A DNA stretch of 64,000 nt from Bispira polyomma (taxonomy: Eukaryota). The notes below the pieces were generated by a model that was not told the DNA's origin, did not search any database, and saw only the letters and a program-made list of their open reading frames with translations. Below are positions 1 to 12,402 of the stretch, in pieces; position 1 is the first letter of the stretch; each line of letters begins with the position of its first letter. Made by a program: the position numbers and the translations under genes. The DNA is taken from the NCBI GenBank assembly GCA_965649765.1, contig OZ287758.1, positions 10,974,001-11,038,000 of the forward strand, given 5' to 3'.

Positions 1-238
1 TCTCTTTTAATAACATAGAGAAAGGCAATAGACTCGCCATTTAAATCTTAAAGAAAAAATCTTAAAGGCTATCTTTTTAACTTGGCCTTCCCACCATAGT
101 TCCCCTCCTGCACACCTGCATATCCTTCCTTGCGACCTTTCTATGGCCATGGATCATACGATTTGATCACTGGTTTTGCTGTTGTGCTTTAGAAGATGCC
201 TAGCATAAAAAATGCGTTAAAAATTCATAATAATAAGA
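1..238 (+). mobile_element. 3' end of an L2/CR1-group LINE
   Basis: Encodes LKGYLFNLAFPP*, a typical L2 ORF2 C-terminus. The 3' UTR (ttagaagatgcc.agcat...gcgttaaaaat.cataa) matches the 3' UTR of the L2 at ~29880-29945. Confidence 0.7.
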
Positions 239-1302
239 ATATGTGTTATATTTATCTTTGTGTGAGAATTTAAATCAATAATAATACAATGTTAATTACT
301 TTTTTCATCTATTCACCAGACCCCTGTGCCTCTTACTTGATCAATGTGTTCGAAAACCTCAAGAAAGACTTTTTCCGCCTCTTGAACATGCCGGACTCAA
401 CAGAGCTCAGCCAGCTTTTCACAGAAAAAGCAGTGGTCTTAGATGATGGAAAAGCCATATTGCAGGGGAAAGATGGTCAGTAGAAGGATGCAGGGGGGGG
501 GGGGGGGAGGGAAGTGGTGAAACGATTGCAGATTTCCAGTTGTTGAAGGATGCCATTTTAGATGTAGTGAAATGTGAAAATTTAAAAAAATGGCACAAGT
601 TATGCTAATTATGTTATATGTTAAAATTAGGTTATATGTTAATTAGGTTATATTTATAGTTCAGGTAGATATGTAAATTTATTTTGTAATATAACATACA
701 TATTAATACACAATTGTGTTGTAATGTCCAGTTTCCAAACACATAGCCATAAATATTTGCTCCTTATATATATATATATATATATATTAATGTTTCAATG
801 CTCATAAACCTAGATATACTTCTGTATAACTGTATAACCAAAGCTTGTGGATTTTTGTATATTTTTGGGGCGACTTAAGACACTGAGTTATGCCAATTAA
901 AAATAAGAATTACGAACATGTGATAAGAAATAAGAATGTTATGGCATAAAATTGCATCTTACAAAATAAAAATCATCCCCCAACAATGACATACAGGTAT
1001 AACGTGTACGGATGACGTGAGTGCATGTATGGAAACAGTAAGGGTTTGTGGTTGTCATTTATGGCTGCTGATTTCGGTATTGATAAAAAAATTGCGCTCC
1101 AGAAATGAATATCCTGACATTATGTTCTTGTATATTGGCGACTGACCGCCTCGAAATGTGTTAAAAAATAAGTTACTAGTTCGAAATAAGTTACTAGTTT
1201 TTTAGATCGAGTATTCTGCCGCCAATGATGTCTTTTTAAACTGATTTATAGCTGATTAGTGAGAGAGCGGCTACCATAAGCATAACGTTGTAAATCAAAA
1301 TC

Positions 1303-1375
1303 GGCCTGCTCACACCTACACATGCTAACGTCCCACAACGTAGCAACGCCATATATATGTAGGTGTGACCAGACC
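1303..1375. mobile_element. 73-bp minimal MITE, same TIR family as 25220-26407
   Basis: Ends ggcctgctcacacctaca ... tgtaggtgtgaccagacc. The interior catgctaacgtcc..caacgtagcaa is the reverse complement of the right ends of the 25.2-26.4 kb elements. Confidence 0.7.
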
Positions 1376-2549
1376 ATAGGTGATTTCATTGTGATATCTT
1401 AGTGTCAGAAGAAAACAAAAACATTACTTAAAAATTTTGATATCAAAATGTGGAAATTTACAGCCACTTTCACTTCACCATAAGTTCAGCATCATTATTG
1501 ATCAAATATAAGCACATCTTTCAAAATTGTATTTGCACGTTAATGAATAGCTTTAGCCTTTTTCCCTCCCTCAGAAATAGATATATTGGAACCCAACTTT
1601 GTGAGATTTGGCCCATCCTTAAGCTGAGTTGTAGTCAAACTTAAGGTCCCAAGCTCCCCAAGTTCTTAAGGGCCTTAAAATCCTCTTGGAGTCAGCCATT
1701 AAGGGACCAGTGGCCGGATTATTCATAATTTTCAACCTAAACTTGGACCCATATCGAAGGTTAATGTTTTACTTCTATAGCGCCACAATCGATGACCAGG
1801 CATCCTCTATGGCGCACATTCCAATCAGTAAGCAAACGAAACGTCCGATAGGAGAAAAGGTTTGTGATTAGTGTTCAGTTGTGACCAAGAGACAAAAGTT
1901 AAGAAGAAAAAGTGATTTGCTACAAATGTGTTTTGAACTTTTCCTGAAAGCCTGTCAGTCTTGTCTCAGTGCAAAGACTACTATGGAGTCTATTTCACTC
2001 AATATGTGCTGCAACTATGAATGATTTTAAAGCAGTCAGTTTTTTAGTAAGAAACCAGCGACGATTTCCTCTGGTGAGATTGCTGAGAGTCATTAAATCT
2101 CTGGCTAGAGTAAACTTAGGTAAAATCTGCCTGCATATTTGAATTCAGTGCTAAAAGCGCTATGAATATGAAAAAAAAAAACAATATATTAATACCCAAA
2201 GATGAAGTGCTTTTTTTCTGAGTTACCTAATTTGCTGTGTTGTGTAGTTGCGTGAGCAGTCTATACAATATTTACTGTATCATCGTATTTCTTATATTTT
2301 GTCGTGCCATGTAGTTAGTGGTGTATAAACAGCCCAATATCACCCTAATATATACACGTGAATCCTTCTGTCTCACTTTTACAGGCATATTAAAATACTA
2401 CATGAACAACACCATCGTATATCAACCAGAAATCCGAGTCCTTAAGGCAATTCTGTTGAGTGAGACCAGAGCATACACCGTCCACCAGGAGGCTCGGTAC
2501 AAAAGTAATGAAAAGAAAGAACTGAAAGAACCTACACAAAGGTAATGTA

Positions 2550-3064
2550 GCCTTCACAAGTTATCACCACATTTATACCAGTTTAGCCCAGTTCGTACCA
2601 GTTTTGGCTGATCGGGAGAGAATGGGTGACAATGCTCACTTGCATATCATACACCAGATCATGTCCAGGATATTCCCAGTTTGTACCCAATATATGCTTC
2701 GTTTAAGCCCACTTTATGCCAGGTATATGCTTTTATATATGTTTTGACCAGATCTGACAAGTTTATGACCAGTTTATGGCCAGACAAAACCAGATCGAAC
2801 CAGTTCATCACAGGTTTTTTAAACGTTTGCTCCAGATTACACCAGATTACACCAGTCATGTCCAGTTCACACAAGTTCAGAGCAGTTTTTTCCCCGTTTA
2901 AGCCCAGACCAGAACCCTTGTCTCCAGTTGTCTCCAGATGTTCCACCACATGTTTAAAATTTCCAGTCGTGCCTCCTGTTCTTACCAATCTCCACAGTTT
3001 ATGCCCAGATGTTAGAAGTTTACTCCAGTTCACACAAGTTCTTCAGATCAGGAGTAAACGGGCC
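2550..3064 (+). repeat. CCAG(T/A)T-motif-rich repeat, probably part of a non-autonomous DNA transposon
   Basis: Many ccagtt/ccagat motifs, all on one strand. Ends in gagtaaacgggcc, which resembles a TIR. No left TIR found. Confidence 0.4.
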
Positions 3065-3084
3065 AACAGAACATAAAGATGTGA

Positions 3085-3330
3085 ATACTGCATAAGGCTT
3101 TTGATAGTGTTTGCACTACAAAGGAAGGTTTTGATAGTATTAATACTACAGATAAAGTTTTGACAGTGTATAAACTACAGATATAGGTTTTGATAGTATT
3201 CATACTACAGATAAAGGTTTTGATTGTATTCATACTATAGAATAAATTATTTGATTGTATTCATACTACAGGGTAAATGTTTTGATTGGATTCATACTAC
3301 AGATAAAGGTTTAAATTGTATTAATACTAC
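3085..3330. repeat. Minisatellite, ~30-bp unit, ~8 copies
   Basis: Consensus actacagataaaggttttgatagtattcat repeated head to tail with no spacers. Confidence 0.9.
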
Positions 3331-3823
3331 GTAGTTCCCTTGTGGATGAAATCAGGGCAGGTTAGTAAGTTTCACCTCTGAAAATCATGGGTCTTTATGC
3401 TACATATACCACAGGGCCAATATTCAAACGCACAACTGCTGAGGTGGGAGAGCCAGTGTGTTACCACTACACCATGGAGGTCCCCTTAGATTCTGTGTTG
3501 ATAACATTATGTGTTACCTTATTTGTTACCTTATAGGTGTACTTACTAATCATGTTTATTTTGATAGAGTTTTGACCTTGTGGTCCAAGGAAGGTGACGT
3601 CTGGAAAATCGATGTGACGTCCAGAAATCAGGGCCCAGACACGGAAAAATAAAAGGCACAACTAATGTCGGATGTGACACCACCACCACCACACTGGATA
3701 TATAGAAGATACCTTTAATGAAGTTAGACACACACATGGATACTAACATTTTACATGTTATATGGTTAAAATTAGCCTTTTTGGTGTGTATATATGTATC
3801 TTTAATAAATGATGGCTTATTAA

Positions 3824-4061
3824 TAGGCCCTGGGATTATGTATTGCTTTGATTTATAGTCAAAAGAAATTTCTGGGACAATTTAATTTGCAAATATTTGC
3901 ATAAATTTCATATTTATCAACTGATATATGCCATTAAAGTATATATTTATACATCCTTAACAAATGATAACATTATCTAGGCCTTGGGATTATACATTGC
4001 TGCGTTTAATAGTCAAAAGGAATTTCTGGAACAATTTAATTTTGCATATATTTGCATAATT
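3824..4061. repeat. Imperfect ~85-bp direct repeat, two copies about 155 bp apart
   Basis: taggcc.tgggattat..attgct...tttgcataa at ~3824-3908 and ~3978-4061. Confidence 0.75.
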
Positions 4062-4463
4062 TTGGGGTTTTTTTTGATAGAGGAAACTTCAGACCTGCAG
4101 TACTAACCCAAGTGAAGGCAGCAGTGGCATTTGATCCCAGTATCCTCAGAGGTTAAAGGCTAGTGATAATAAAGCAGATGCTTATTATATATAACCACTA
4201 GGCGATCTTGACCCTTAAAAAAGAATAAGAAAAAAATAACACTTCATTAATGGAACATAGTTATCCAAGTATTTGCAACCATATTTAGAAAAGGTCAAAA
4301 ATTTGAAAGTGATGTTAAACCAAATTTTTAACGTGACACGATTCATCAGTTTTGCTGCAAAGAGAATTAAGATGGAACAGTCTATGTTTATGGCCAAAAA
4401 TTTTGGTTATTTTGAAAAATTAAGGCAAGTTTTATCTTTTTTATTATTTTGTCATGTTAGAAT

Positions 4464-4605
4464 AGGAATAACACACTCCAAAGCATGGTATACGCAGAAT
4501 TTTACTATTCTTCAAGGATTTAGACCCACTCAGGATTCACCTGGGCCTAAACGTTAAATTATGGTAAAATTCTGCGTATACCATGGTTTGTTGGGTGTTA
4601 TTCCT
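4464..4605. mobile_element. Hairpin MITE with ~43-bp inverted arms
   Basis: aggaataacac...catggtatacgcagaattttac versus gtaaaattctgcgtataccatg...gtgttattcct. Confidence 0.75.
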
Positions 4606-5536
4606 GTAATGAACTCAAACAATAATATTTAAAACAAGCCATTACTATCGAATCATGATATCCTATGTGGAAAAATACCATTGACATGGCAATTAATAAT
4701 TAGAACAATTCAATCATAACATAATATGTAAAGCAGGCCATTACTATTAAATCATGCAGTAATATGTAAACAAACAATAAATATTCCTAAAAAACATGAT
4801 ACGTGAACAAAATGGTGATATTATATTAAGTCATTCTACTGGTAAGAATCTTTAAGCTCCACCCACCTGCACAGTAATAGAGATACTTAACTATTATGGT
4901 ACCAGTCGCACATCCAATATAACTTTCTAAAAATATGTAAACCAGATAAAACAAAATACAGTGAAATAAAATTACAGAGGTATACTTTAAAACTAAAATA
5001 AATCGCACAGGTTTTTTTTGTCATTTAAAAATATGTGAAATTACAATACTTAATCTTAGAAAAATGAAAACACGACTTATACATTAATACATAACCCTTT
5101 AAGGCAAGAACAGGCCACCCTATGTTACAAAGAAAACGTTGGTAGGAGGTGATGTGGAAGAAAAGTAACACACCATGTCAGTCCAGGGGATGTTAAAGTT
5201 TGTAAATCTTATAAGTAAATATACTCTACAGGGTGGACAAGCTTTTTGGGTGGAATTTTGTTGGCTGGACAAGAAACAGAATTTTTACTTGAGATTTTAA
5301 AAAAGGTTTTTAACCTTTATAGTTTTAAAGTTATTTGGTCCTAGCCGACAAGATTTCTGCCAAATCTTGTGCTATTTTTGAATGCCTCCTAAGGTAGTAA
5401 AGGACAAAACAAAAAACAGTAGTAAAAATGACGAACTTATTAGGGTGATTGTTAAAGGTGAAGCTATGGGTGTGGCTAGTGACGCTGGGGAAAAACTGTA
5501 TCTCAAAATAAGGCTGTATCAGAGAAATTAGACAAA

Positions 5537-6290
5537 ATGTTAAGTGTGATAAAGTGTATGGGGACACGTCTTCAGCAACAAGAAGACAGGTTGCAACAAC
5601 AAGGGGGGAGAGCTAACCTACATGAGATTTCAGCAGTTCAATCGGCTCAAAGTTCACCCAAGGCTACCAGAACAGATCTACCCAAGCTAGATACCAGCCG
5701 TGTAGTTCGTGAGACAGAGCTACAGAAGTTACCGTCCTTCACAGCTCTGAAATCCAACTCCCGTATTCAGGCGGAAGTGCAGCGATGACTAAGAGAATAC
5801 GAGGGAGCATCTCGGCTTGAACCTAGAGGTAAAAACACTTACACGTATTTCTGGTAGATTTAGGGGTGCCACTCACAAAGTTAAAACCCCTGTTAATTAG
5901 CTACAATATTTTTGTACAGTAAACCATAGTAGCAAGCAACCAACTTACGACGAAATGTCCACAGTACAGTGGGCTCAGGGTTTAATAGCATGTGCATTGG
6001 AAAAAACCATTGGTTCGGTTAGACAAACATTGTTTATGTACTACGTAGGCCTATTACAAGATGCAGTACAACTTACAAGAATGTAGAAACTGCTAAGAGG
6101 GCACATGCTGTCGTGTTACAGGCAATGTAGAGGGTTCAGCTAGATTGGACTAACATTGAGTTAGTAGAAAAGGTTAGATCCAGAAACGCTCAAACAGTTG
6201 TGTCGTATCAAAGCCATAACCCTGATCACAAATAAATTAGAATTTGTACTCTGTTCAACAAGAAGTATGTCAAAATGTGTTAGATATAAA
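5537..6290 (+). pseudogene. DIRS gag-like ORF remnant (outer element)
   Basis: LPSFTALKSNSRIQAEVQR and PTYDEMSTVQWAQG align with VPSLNFLRTNDSVQTQVDQR and PTYDDLSLVQFTSG in the inner gag. Stops and frameshifts present. Confidence 0.75.
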
Positions 6291-7642
6291 AATGCCAGCA
6301 AAATTAGCAATGTAGAACAACAAATTTAACACAATACGTGATCTTGTGCCTAAATGTCAGAAAAGTGTTCTGGTTCCAGTAACCAGTAATTGCTTTGTGA
6401 ATAACGGTTCAATGTCACATGTTGTTGAAACTAGAATGCATGGGGGTCATAATCTATTGAACCCAAATGCTACTAGTTTTTTTGTTCCAAAACGTTAAGA
6501 AATTATAACCTTTCAGTTAAATCCTAAAGCTGAAGTATGCTGAAGTATTTGTTTCAAACCGTAAGGAAATTATAACCTTTCATTTAAATCTTAAGGCTGA
6601 AACATTTGTTAGTCAAGTTAATAGTACGGTTAACAAGGCTAATGTTTAAAGTAGTCATATCCCTCATGTACAAAGGGCAGTTAAAAACCATGATATTAAT
6701 GATCACGAGTCAATTATAATAATCATGTAAGTTTAAATTCACGTATATGTAATGTGTCTGTGAATACCAGCACGGGCGGTTTTGCCTGGACTAATAATGC
6801 CTGCCATCCATGTGAAAACGTTGAAAATAGTAACAAAAAAGGTCGAATGCAGAATGGCAATATGCCAAATAGGGGTGTTAAATAGTATGTTAAAACACAT
6901 TGCCAGCACAGCTGGCCAAGCCAGGGTAGCCTCCCTCTAAAAAAAAAATTAGTCGAAACGTTGCTAACGACTACATGCAATTCAAGCATAGCTTTGGAGG
7001 ATGACTGCAGTAATTCTAGAATATTCAACAAATGGAACCCTTCGATACTTGGTGCAACACTTGATTATATCCCAAGGTTAGAAGGTGACCCTAGCTTTTT
7101 TGAAATCTGGTGTAAAAGGGGGGGGGGGAGATCACATGGGCCCCGGTGATCATGCTGATACAGGCAATTTTTTTGATACTGGGATTAATAGTGAACACAG
7201 TGAAGTATTGTGCACTCGTTATACTGTAAATAATAGTAGCAGCAATTTATCTCAGCTTTACAATAAACCAAACAGTGATTTTAAAATGGATTTTAATATT
7301 GGTTTTAATTATTCATATAATGATAGTCGTTACACATATAATAACAGTAGTTAGTCACTATGTGATGTTTCATATTATAGTACATTTGTGTGTGTGGCAT
7401 ACTTTGATACACTTATTCATATGTATGACACTACACAGAATGACAGTGAAATAATATATGCATATGGTGACTCGTCATATATTCAGGGCATGTGCATCGA
7501 CATGGGTGTGTTGGCTGATGCAACTTATAGTAAAAGTTTAGGTACTTTACATAATATAACTTGTACAATAGAGAATAATATATACAACAGTTGTTATCAA
7601 ATGATTAATAACACTCAAAATACAGACGTATTGTCAAATATA

Positions 7643-7759
7643 GTGGGCTGACGCCTCGGCGACAGCCCCCTCAGTTCTCAGTAGATATATAAAGGTTTGG
7701 CGCCAAGTAAGCGCCATCATTAAAATTTTAATATCTTAGAAGCAAGAGTGTTTTACAAC
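7643..7759 (+). repeat. Terminal repeat A1
   Basis: Matches 12403-12573 but lacks ~55 nt of its middle. Contains TATATAAAGG. Confidence 0.92.
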
Positions 7760-7815
7760 TTGGGGCTTTTACTGCCCTACCTTTGCTTTTAAATTTGATT
7801 TCATCACAAGTGATC

Positions 7816-8820
7816 ATGCCTAAAAAGGAATATAACTGTAGTGTCTCTAAAGGAAAACACGAGAGGCCTGTGGGCAAGAAGTCGTTTCTACTTGGAGCAC
7901 AGCGTCGCCGAGGAAGTACCCACCGTTGGCCATGCTGCTTCAAGTGAGTTGTCAGAATGAGTGTCTAGTCAGATCCTACTACAGTTACAGACTCTTAATA
8001 AGAACATGGAGAGCATGGACCAACGGGTACAGGCTACAGAGGCGGCACTGTGTTCACCCAGCACCAGTAAGGCACGTATCTTTCCTACTTTGTCAAATGC
8101 TAGTGTAGCCAGTCCAGTAAATGAACCAGTAGTAGAAGCCATTGTGCCCTCATTAAATTTCCTACGTACTAATGACAGTGTCCAGACCCAGGTAGACCAA
8201 CGCTTGGTACAGCTCCAGCAACTTAACAAACTAACTGGAGGTAAATTGAAATCCCAGCGAGGGAGCAATGAGGCCCCAATTAACGAGCTGTGGATTGGCC
8301 ACAAAATTTTGTATTGTCAGGTGTGAAAAAGGTTCGTCCCACGTATGATGACCTATCGTTGGTCCAATTTACCTCGGGATTTGTAAGATGCATTCAGGAA
8401 CAAAAAACCCCAGAAGTACGGGAGGCAATGTTAGAATATTTGGCCAATTTAATGGACGACGCCCACGATTTCTCGTGAGAGTCTGCCAAGGCTGCTCATG
8501 CCATTTTGCTCACAAATATGGAGCTTGATCATATCAAATGGACAGAGGTAGACAAAGTCGACCGGGTACATCGAGCACATGCTCAACAACACATTCCCCT
8601 TGGCTCAAATGGGTCAACTGCCTCCAAGTCAAACAGCCTCAGTAAAAACAAAAATCAGTCAAAAACACCAGGCATTAATTATAGATTCGTTCAGGAAGGC
8701 ACCTGTAAATTCAACGCTAGTCACCGTACTTCTGGGCAATGGTTTAAACATTCATGTGAGAATTGTGAAGGTGTACATCAAACTAAGTTGTGTCCCAAGA
8801 AAGGGGCAGCAAAAATCTAG
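7816..8820 (+). pseudogene. DIRS gag-like ORF with Cys/His-rich C-terminus; frameshifted
   Basis: ORF pieces 7961-8326, 8290-8478 and 8506-8820. C-terminal GTCKFNASH...KHSCENCEGVHQTKLC. Confidence 0.8.
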
Positions 8821-10782
8821 AAGTCCACTGCAGCAATGCAGGGGGTCAAAAAAGCCATGTAAAATTTGTATATTCTAGAGTCGTTTACAACTCTCAGTTC
8901 AAGGAATTTAAATTTTGTAAAAAATTGTGTATTAACCGTACTATGTGTACTAACCAAAGGTCTTACAAAGACGTGGTTGTAAATGGAAGAAATCAGTCTT
9001 TCAGTAATTGTGATAGAAAATTGCCGGGGGGCGATATTCGGGGAAGTAGTCGGCTGTCAACTGGAACTGTCAAGCAAATACAACAAGTAAACACAAAACG
9101 GGTTTTCTTGAAACAGAACAAAGGTGTTCCGGGCCAACGTGTCAGTCCCCATTCTCACAAAGTCCCTGATAAAGTAAGACAAAAGCAAATTGTTTCAACT
9201 AATTGTAATGTCAACACCAATTCAATTGAGGGGACTGAAAAGGGCCCCCATACACAAAGGTTTGTTACTAAAAAGTCCTCTCCCCTGACCGAAACAAAAG
9301 GTGTCAACTCGACTCGGGTAAACAATAGCGGTGCAAGTGGGCAGTTCCAATTACCACTCCTTAATCGGTATGCTGCGTTGAGCCATTGTTTGGGGGAAGG
9401 GGGTGTGAACAATGTTGACGCTTTAAAAGGCGAGACCGCTATGGAGATCCCAACATGTAAAAAGGCCAACCAAAACAATAAGGTCAAAGACATTGCGCGA
9501 GTTAATAAGGGAGTTGGGAGAAATAAACCAACTAGTACAGAATTAACCAGTGATGGGGACAAATATGCCTTGTACATACACAAAGGCCCTGACAAAAGAC
9601 AACGTCTGCAAGGTGCTAAATATTGTGACACATATAAGCTTTGGGATGTCCAAAATCAGGGAAAATTTGGTTTCATACCCCTTTCACACTGGGGTACTCC
9701 AGTAGTGGACAATTCTAATAACAAGTTGCCAATGCACACACTAAAATTACACAAATACCTGAAACTGGATGGGCGCCCTAATTATAAGGGCCTCCAATTA
9801 CCAGTAATGACACAACTGAATGCCTCAGTTTGGGATGACTATTTAAAGGACTATTGGGACTGGGAGCTTCCCTTGTTGTTAAAATTTGGATTTCCCCTTG
9901 ACTGTGACGACAAGTGGGAATTTAAATCAGAACTTAATAATCATTCTTCGGCTGTCCAGTACCCGGATCATGTAAGTCACTACTTAATGGAAGAATGCCA
10001 GCTAGGGGCTATGTATGGGCCTTTTGCTGTCCCTCCAATTGACAAATTACATACTTCCCCATTCATGACTAGAGATAAGTCCAGTTCAACCACACGTTGA
10101 GTAATAATAGATCTCAGCTGGCCTGAAGGCCATTCAGTTAATGCTGCTGTAAGTTCCACGTCTTACTTAAACAAGGAATTCTTGCTCACTTACCCTTCCA
10201 TAGACACGATTACAAGCCAGGTCTTAACAATGGGTAGAGGTTCCTTAATATTTAAGGTGGACATAAGCCGTGCTTTCAGACATGTGACCATGGACCCACG
10301 AGACATAGATTTGTTGGGACTATATTGGGAGGGCTACTATGTTGATGGGTCCCTCTCCTTTGGCTACAGACACGGATCGGCAATATTTCAGCAAATTTCT
10401 GACAATATAAGGTACATTCTAAAAGGTGAAGGTCACCATATTACAAATTATATCGACAATCTACTTTGTTGTTCAACGCCCGCCAAAATATATAAGACAT
10501 ATAACCGCTTACAAGACCTTTTGACTGAATTGGGGCTCACGCTAAGTCACAAGAAATTAGTTCCTCCTGCCACCCGTGTCACGTGTCTGGGCATTGACAT
10601 AGATACCCTTGAATTTACATCAATACCTATGGAAAAATTACCCACTATACAAGCAATGTATTTGACGACTGGTGTAACCGGAAGTATTGTACTAAACGCG
10701 AACTCCAATGCCTACTCTTGTAGGTGAAGTACTGTGGTGTCCTGTGACCACAGAACACTTGTTCCTGGATGAAACTGTTTAA
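8790..10782 (+). pseudogene. DIRS pol: long N-terminal extension plus RT; most of RNase H deleted near 10720
   Basis: FGFPL, NHSSA, HTSPFMTRDK, KVDISRAFRH, FGYRHGS, NYIDN (YxDD site) and LGIDID motifs. Stop at 10098-10100. Confidence 0.9.
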
Positions 10783-10826
10783 TGTAATATTGCCAATATG
10801 TCCTCTTTAAGTGCTTTGTGTTTCAG

Positions 10827-11786
10827 CTACATTACCAGCTCAACAGTTGTTACATACAAATGAAACACAGAAACTTCACCTGGCTTTCTGCAGATCCACT
10901 GACAGAGCACACACTGCAATGTACAGAATGTATCTAGCTTATGCAAGCTTCATGGATCTGCTCTTTAGCCAGGTAACTGTGTTTGACCTTCTTGCTTTTC
11001 TTGAATTATTACACAGTAACAATGTCAAACCTGCCCATATGGCAATCTATTTGTCGGCCATAAAGGCCAAATCTATATTGTATAATGTGCCCATCCATGC
11101 CTTCAACGACCCACGCATTGCATACTACAATAAAGCTGTACAGATGGCTGCTCCCTTGCATGTTAAATTTTAAAAAAATATTCCTACCTTGGAAAATGTT
11201 ATACATTATATTTAAGAGTGTCTACCTACTTAGTTACTTCTCCTTTTTGAGATTGTCAAATTTAGTTCCCCATGCAATGTCTCAGTTTTCTGCTCTCAAA
11301 CATCTAGCTCATGCTGATGTCATGATTCATCCACAAAAAGCTGTGGTCCTAGTTAAAAGGTCCAAGACAATGCAAAGTAACAACCAAATCAAGCTATTGA
11401 CAGTACCTAGGATACCAGGCTCTCTCCTATGCCCTGTAAAGTCGCTGGAGGAGGTTTTGGCCATTACACCTTCTGGAATAAATTTCCCTTTGTTCCAAAT
11501 TAAAGTAAACCAAAAGTGGGTACCCCTGACAGAGTCAAAAGTTCGCCGTCACTTTAAAGACATACTTACCAGATTGCATTTAAAAGATTCTGGCCTTACC
11601 TTCCATGCATTCCGTCATTCAGGTGCCACCTTTGCCTTTAACCATAATGTTAGCATTCAGAACATATAGAAACAGGGCACCTGGACGTCGGACTGTGTGT
11701 GGAGGTATATCACCGATACTGTGGATGCTGGTCATCAAGTTGCTGACACCTTCAGGCAGCACTTATCTCATTCCTCTTTTCCCTAG
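10827..11786 (+). pseudogene. DIRS tyrosine recombinase (YR)
   Basis: Catalytic motifs FLRLSNL (R), KRSKT (K), HAFRHSGAT (HxxR) and GTWTSDCVWRYI (W, Y). Frameshift near 11170, stop at 11667. Confidence 0.9.
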
Positions 11787-11806
11787 TTCCCTACTATTTG
11801 GGGTTT

Positions 11807-12401
11807 GGGTGTTTATAGTAAATTCATAGGCTTACATGTAGCTTCTGTAACTGTAAATATAATTACATTATGTGGTAATATTGCTACCTCTAACTGAGCA
11901 GATTCTCAATTGCATAGATAGTAACTTAAAATTTCACTATATGTAACTTTTAAATTCTCTTTCACAAGTATTACTGTAACTGAAGAACTTAAATTCACTT
12001 GGAAATATGTACTGCTTAACTGTGTTACTAGTGCTTATACTTGTATTCTTCTTTTTAAACAATTCTATAGTAGTGGTAACTTGTGTTCAATTCAATTATC
12101 CTTTGAACTTTAAGGTCACCTTTGCTTGTATCAAGTGCCTACGGGTTGCTTAAAGTAATATGGACATTAAATTTCTCTATTAAGGTGACCTTAACAAAAT
12201 TTAAGCTAATGCTAAAACATTTCTTTTAGGTGGCCCTAAGTCACCTAAGTTAATAATTAAATTCACTTTATGGTGACCTTAAGTCACCTTGTACATAGCA
12301 TAGTCTAACAGTAGTCTAACAATAAAAATGTTTTACCGCATTCTGTCTTATCATTACCTTGTCTCTTGACCTCTGACCTCTGGCCTGTTACTGGGAAATG
12401 T
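11807..12401 (+). repeat. Terminal repeat B1 (595 bp)
   Basis: Near-identical to 13075-13669. Contains AATAAA (~12321) and several GGTNACC-type palindromes. Confidence 0.95.
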
Positions 12402-12402
12402 G

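Noticed and set aside
289-483. Possible host exon after an acceptor at ~319
   Set aside because: No recognisable domain or partner exons, so it cannot be supported.
2659-3076. Overlapping 124-aa and 131-aa ORFs on opposite strands
   Set aside because: They arise from stop-poor CCAG-repeat sequence and have no recognisable domain.
3085-3330. CRISPR-like ~30-bp periodicity
   Set aside because: Units are contiguous and degenerate with no unique spacers or cas genes, in a eukaryotic context. It is a minisatellite.
11085-11669. Phage integrase or bacterial contamination
   Set aside because: The recombinase is embedded with gag, RT and split direct repeats, i.e. a eukaryotic DIRS-order element.
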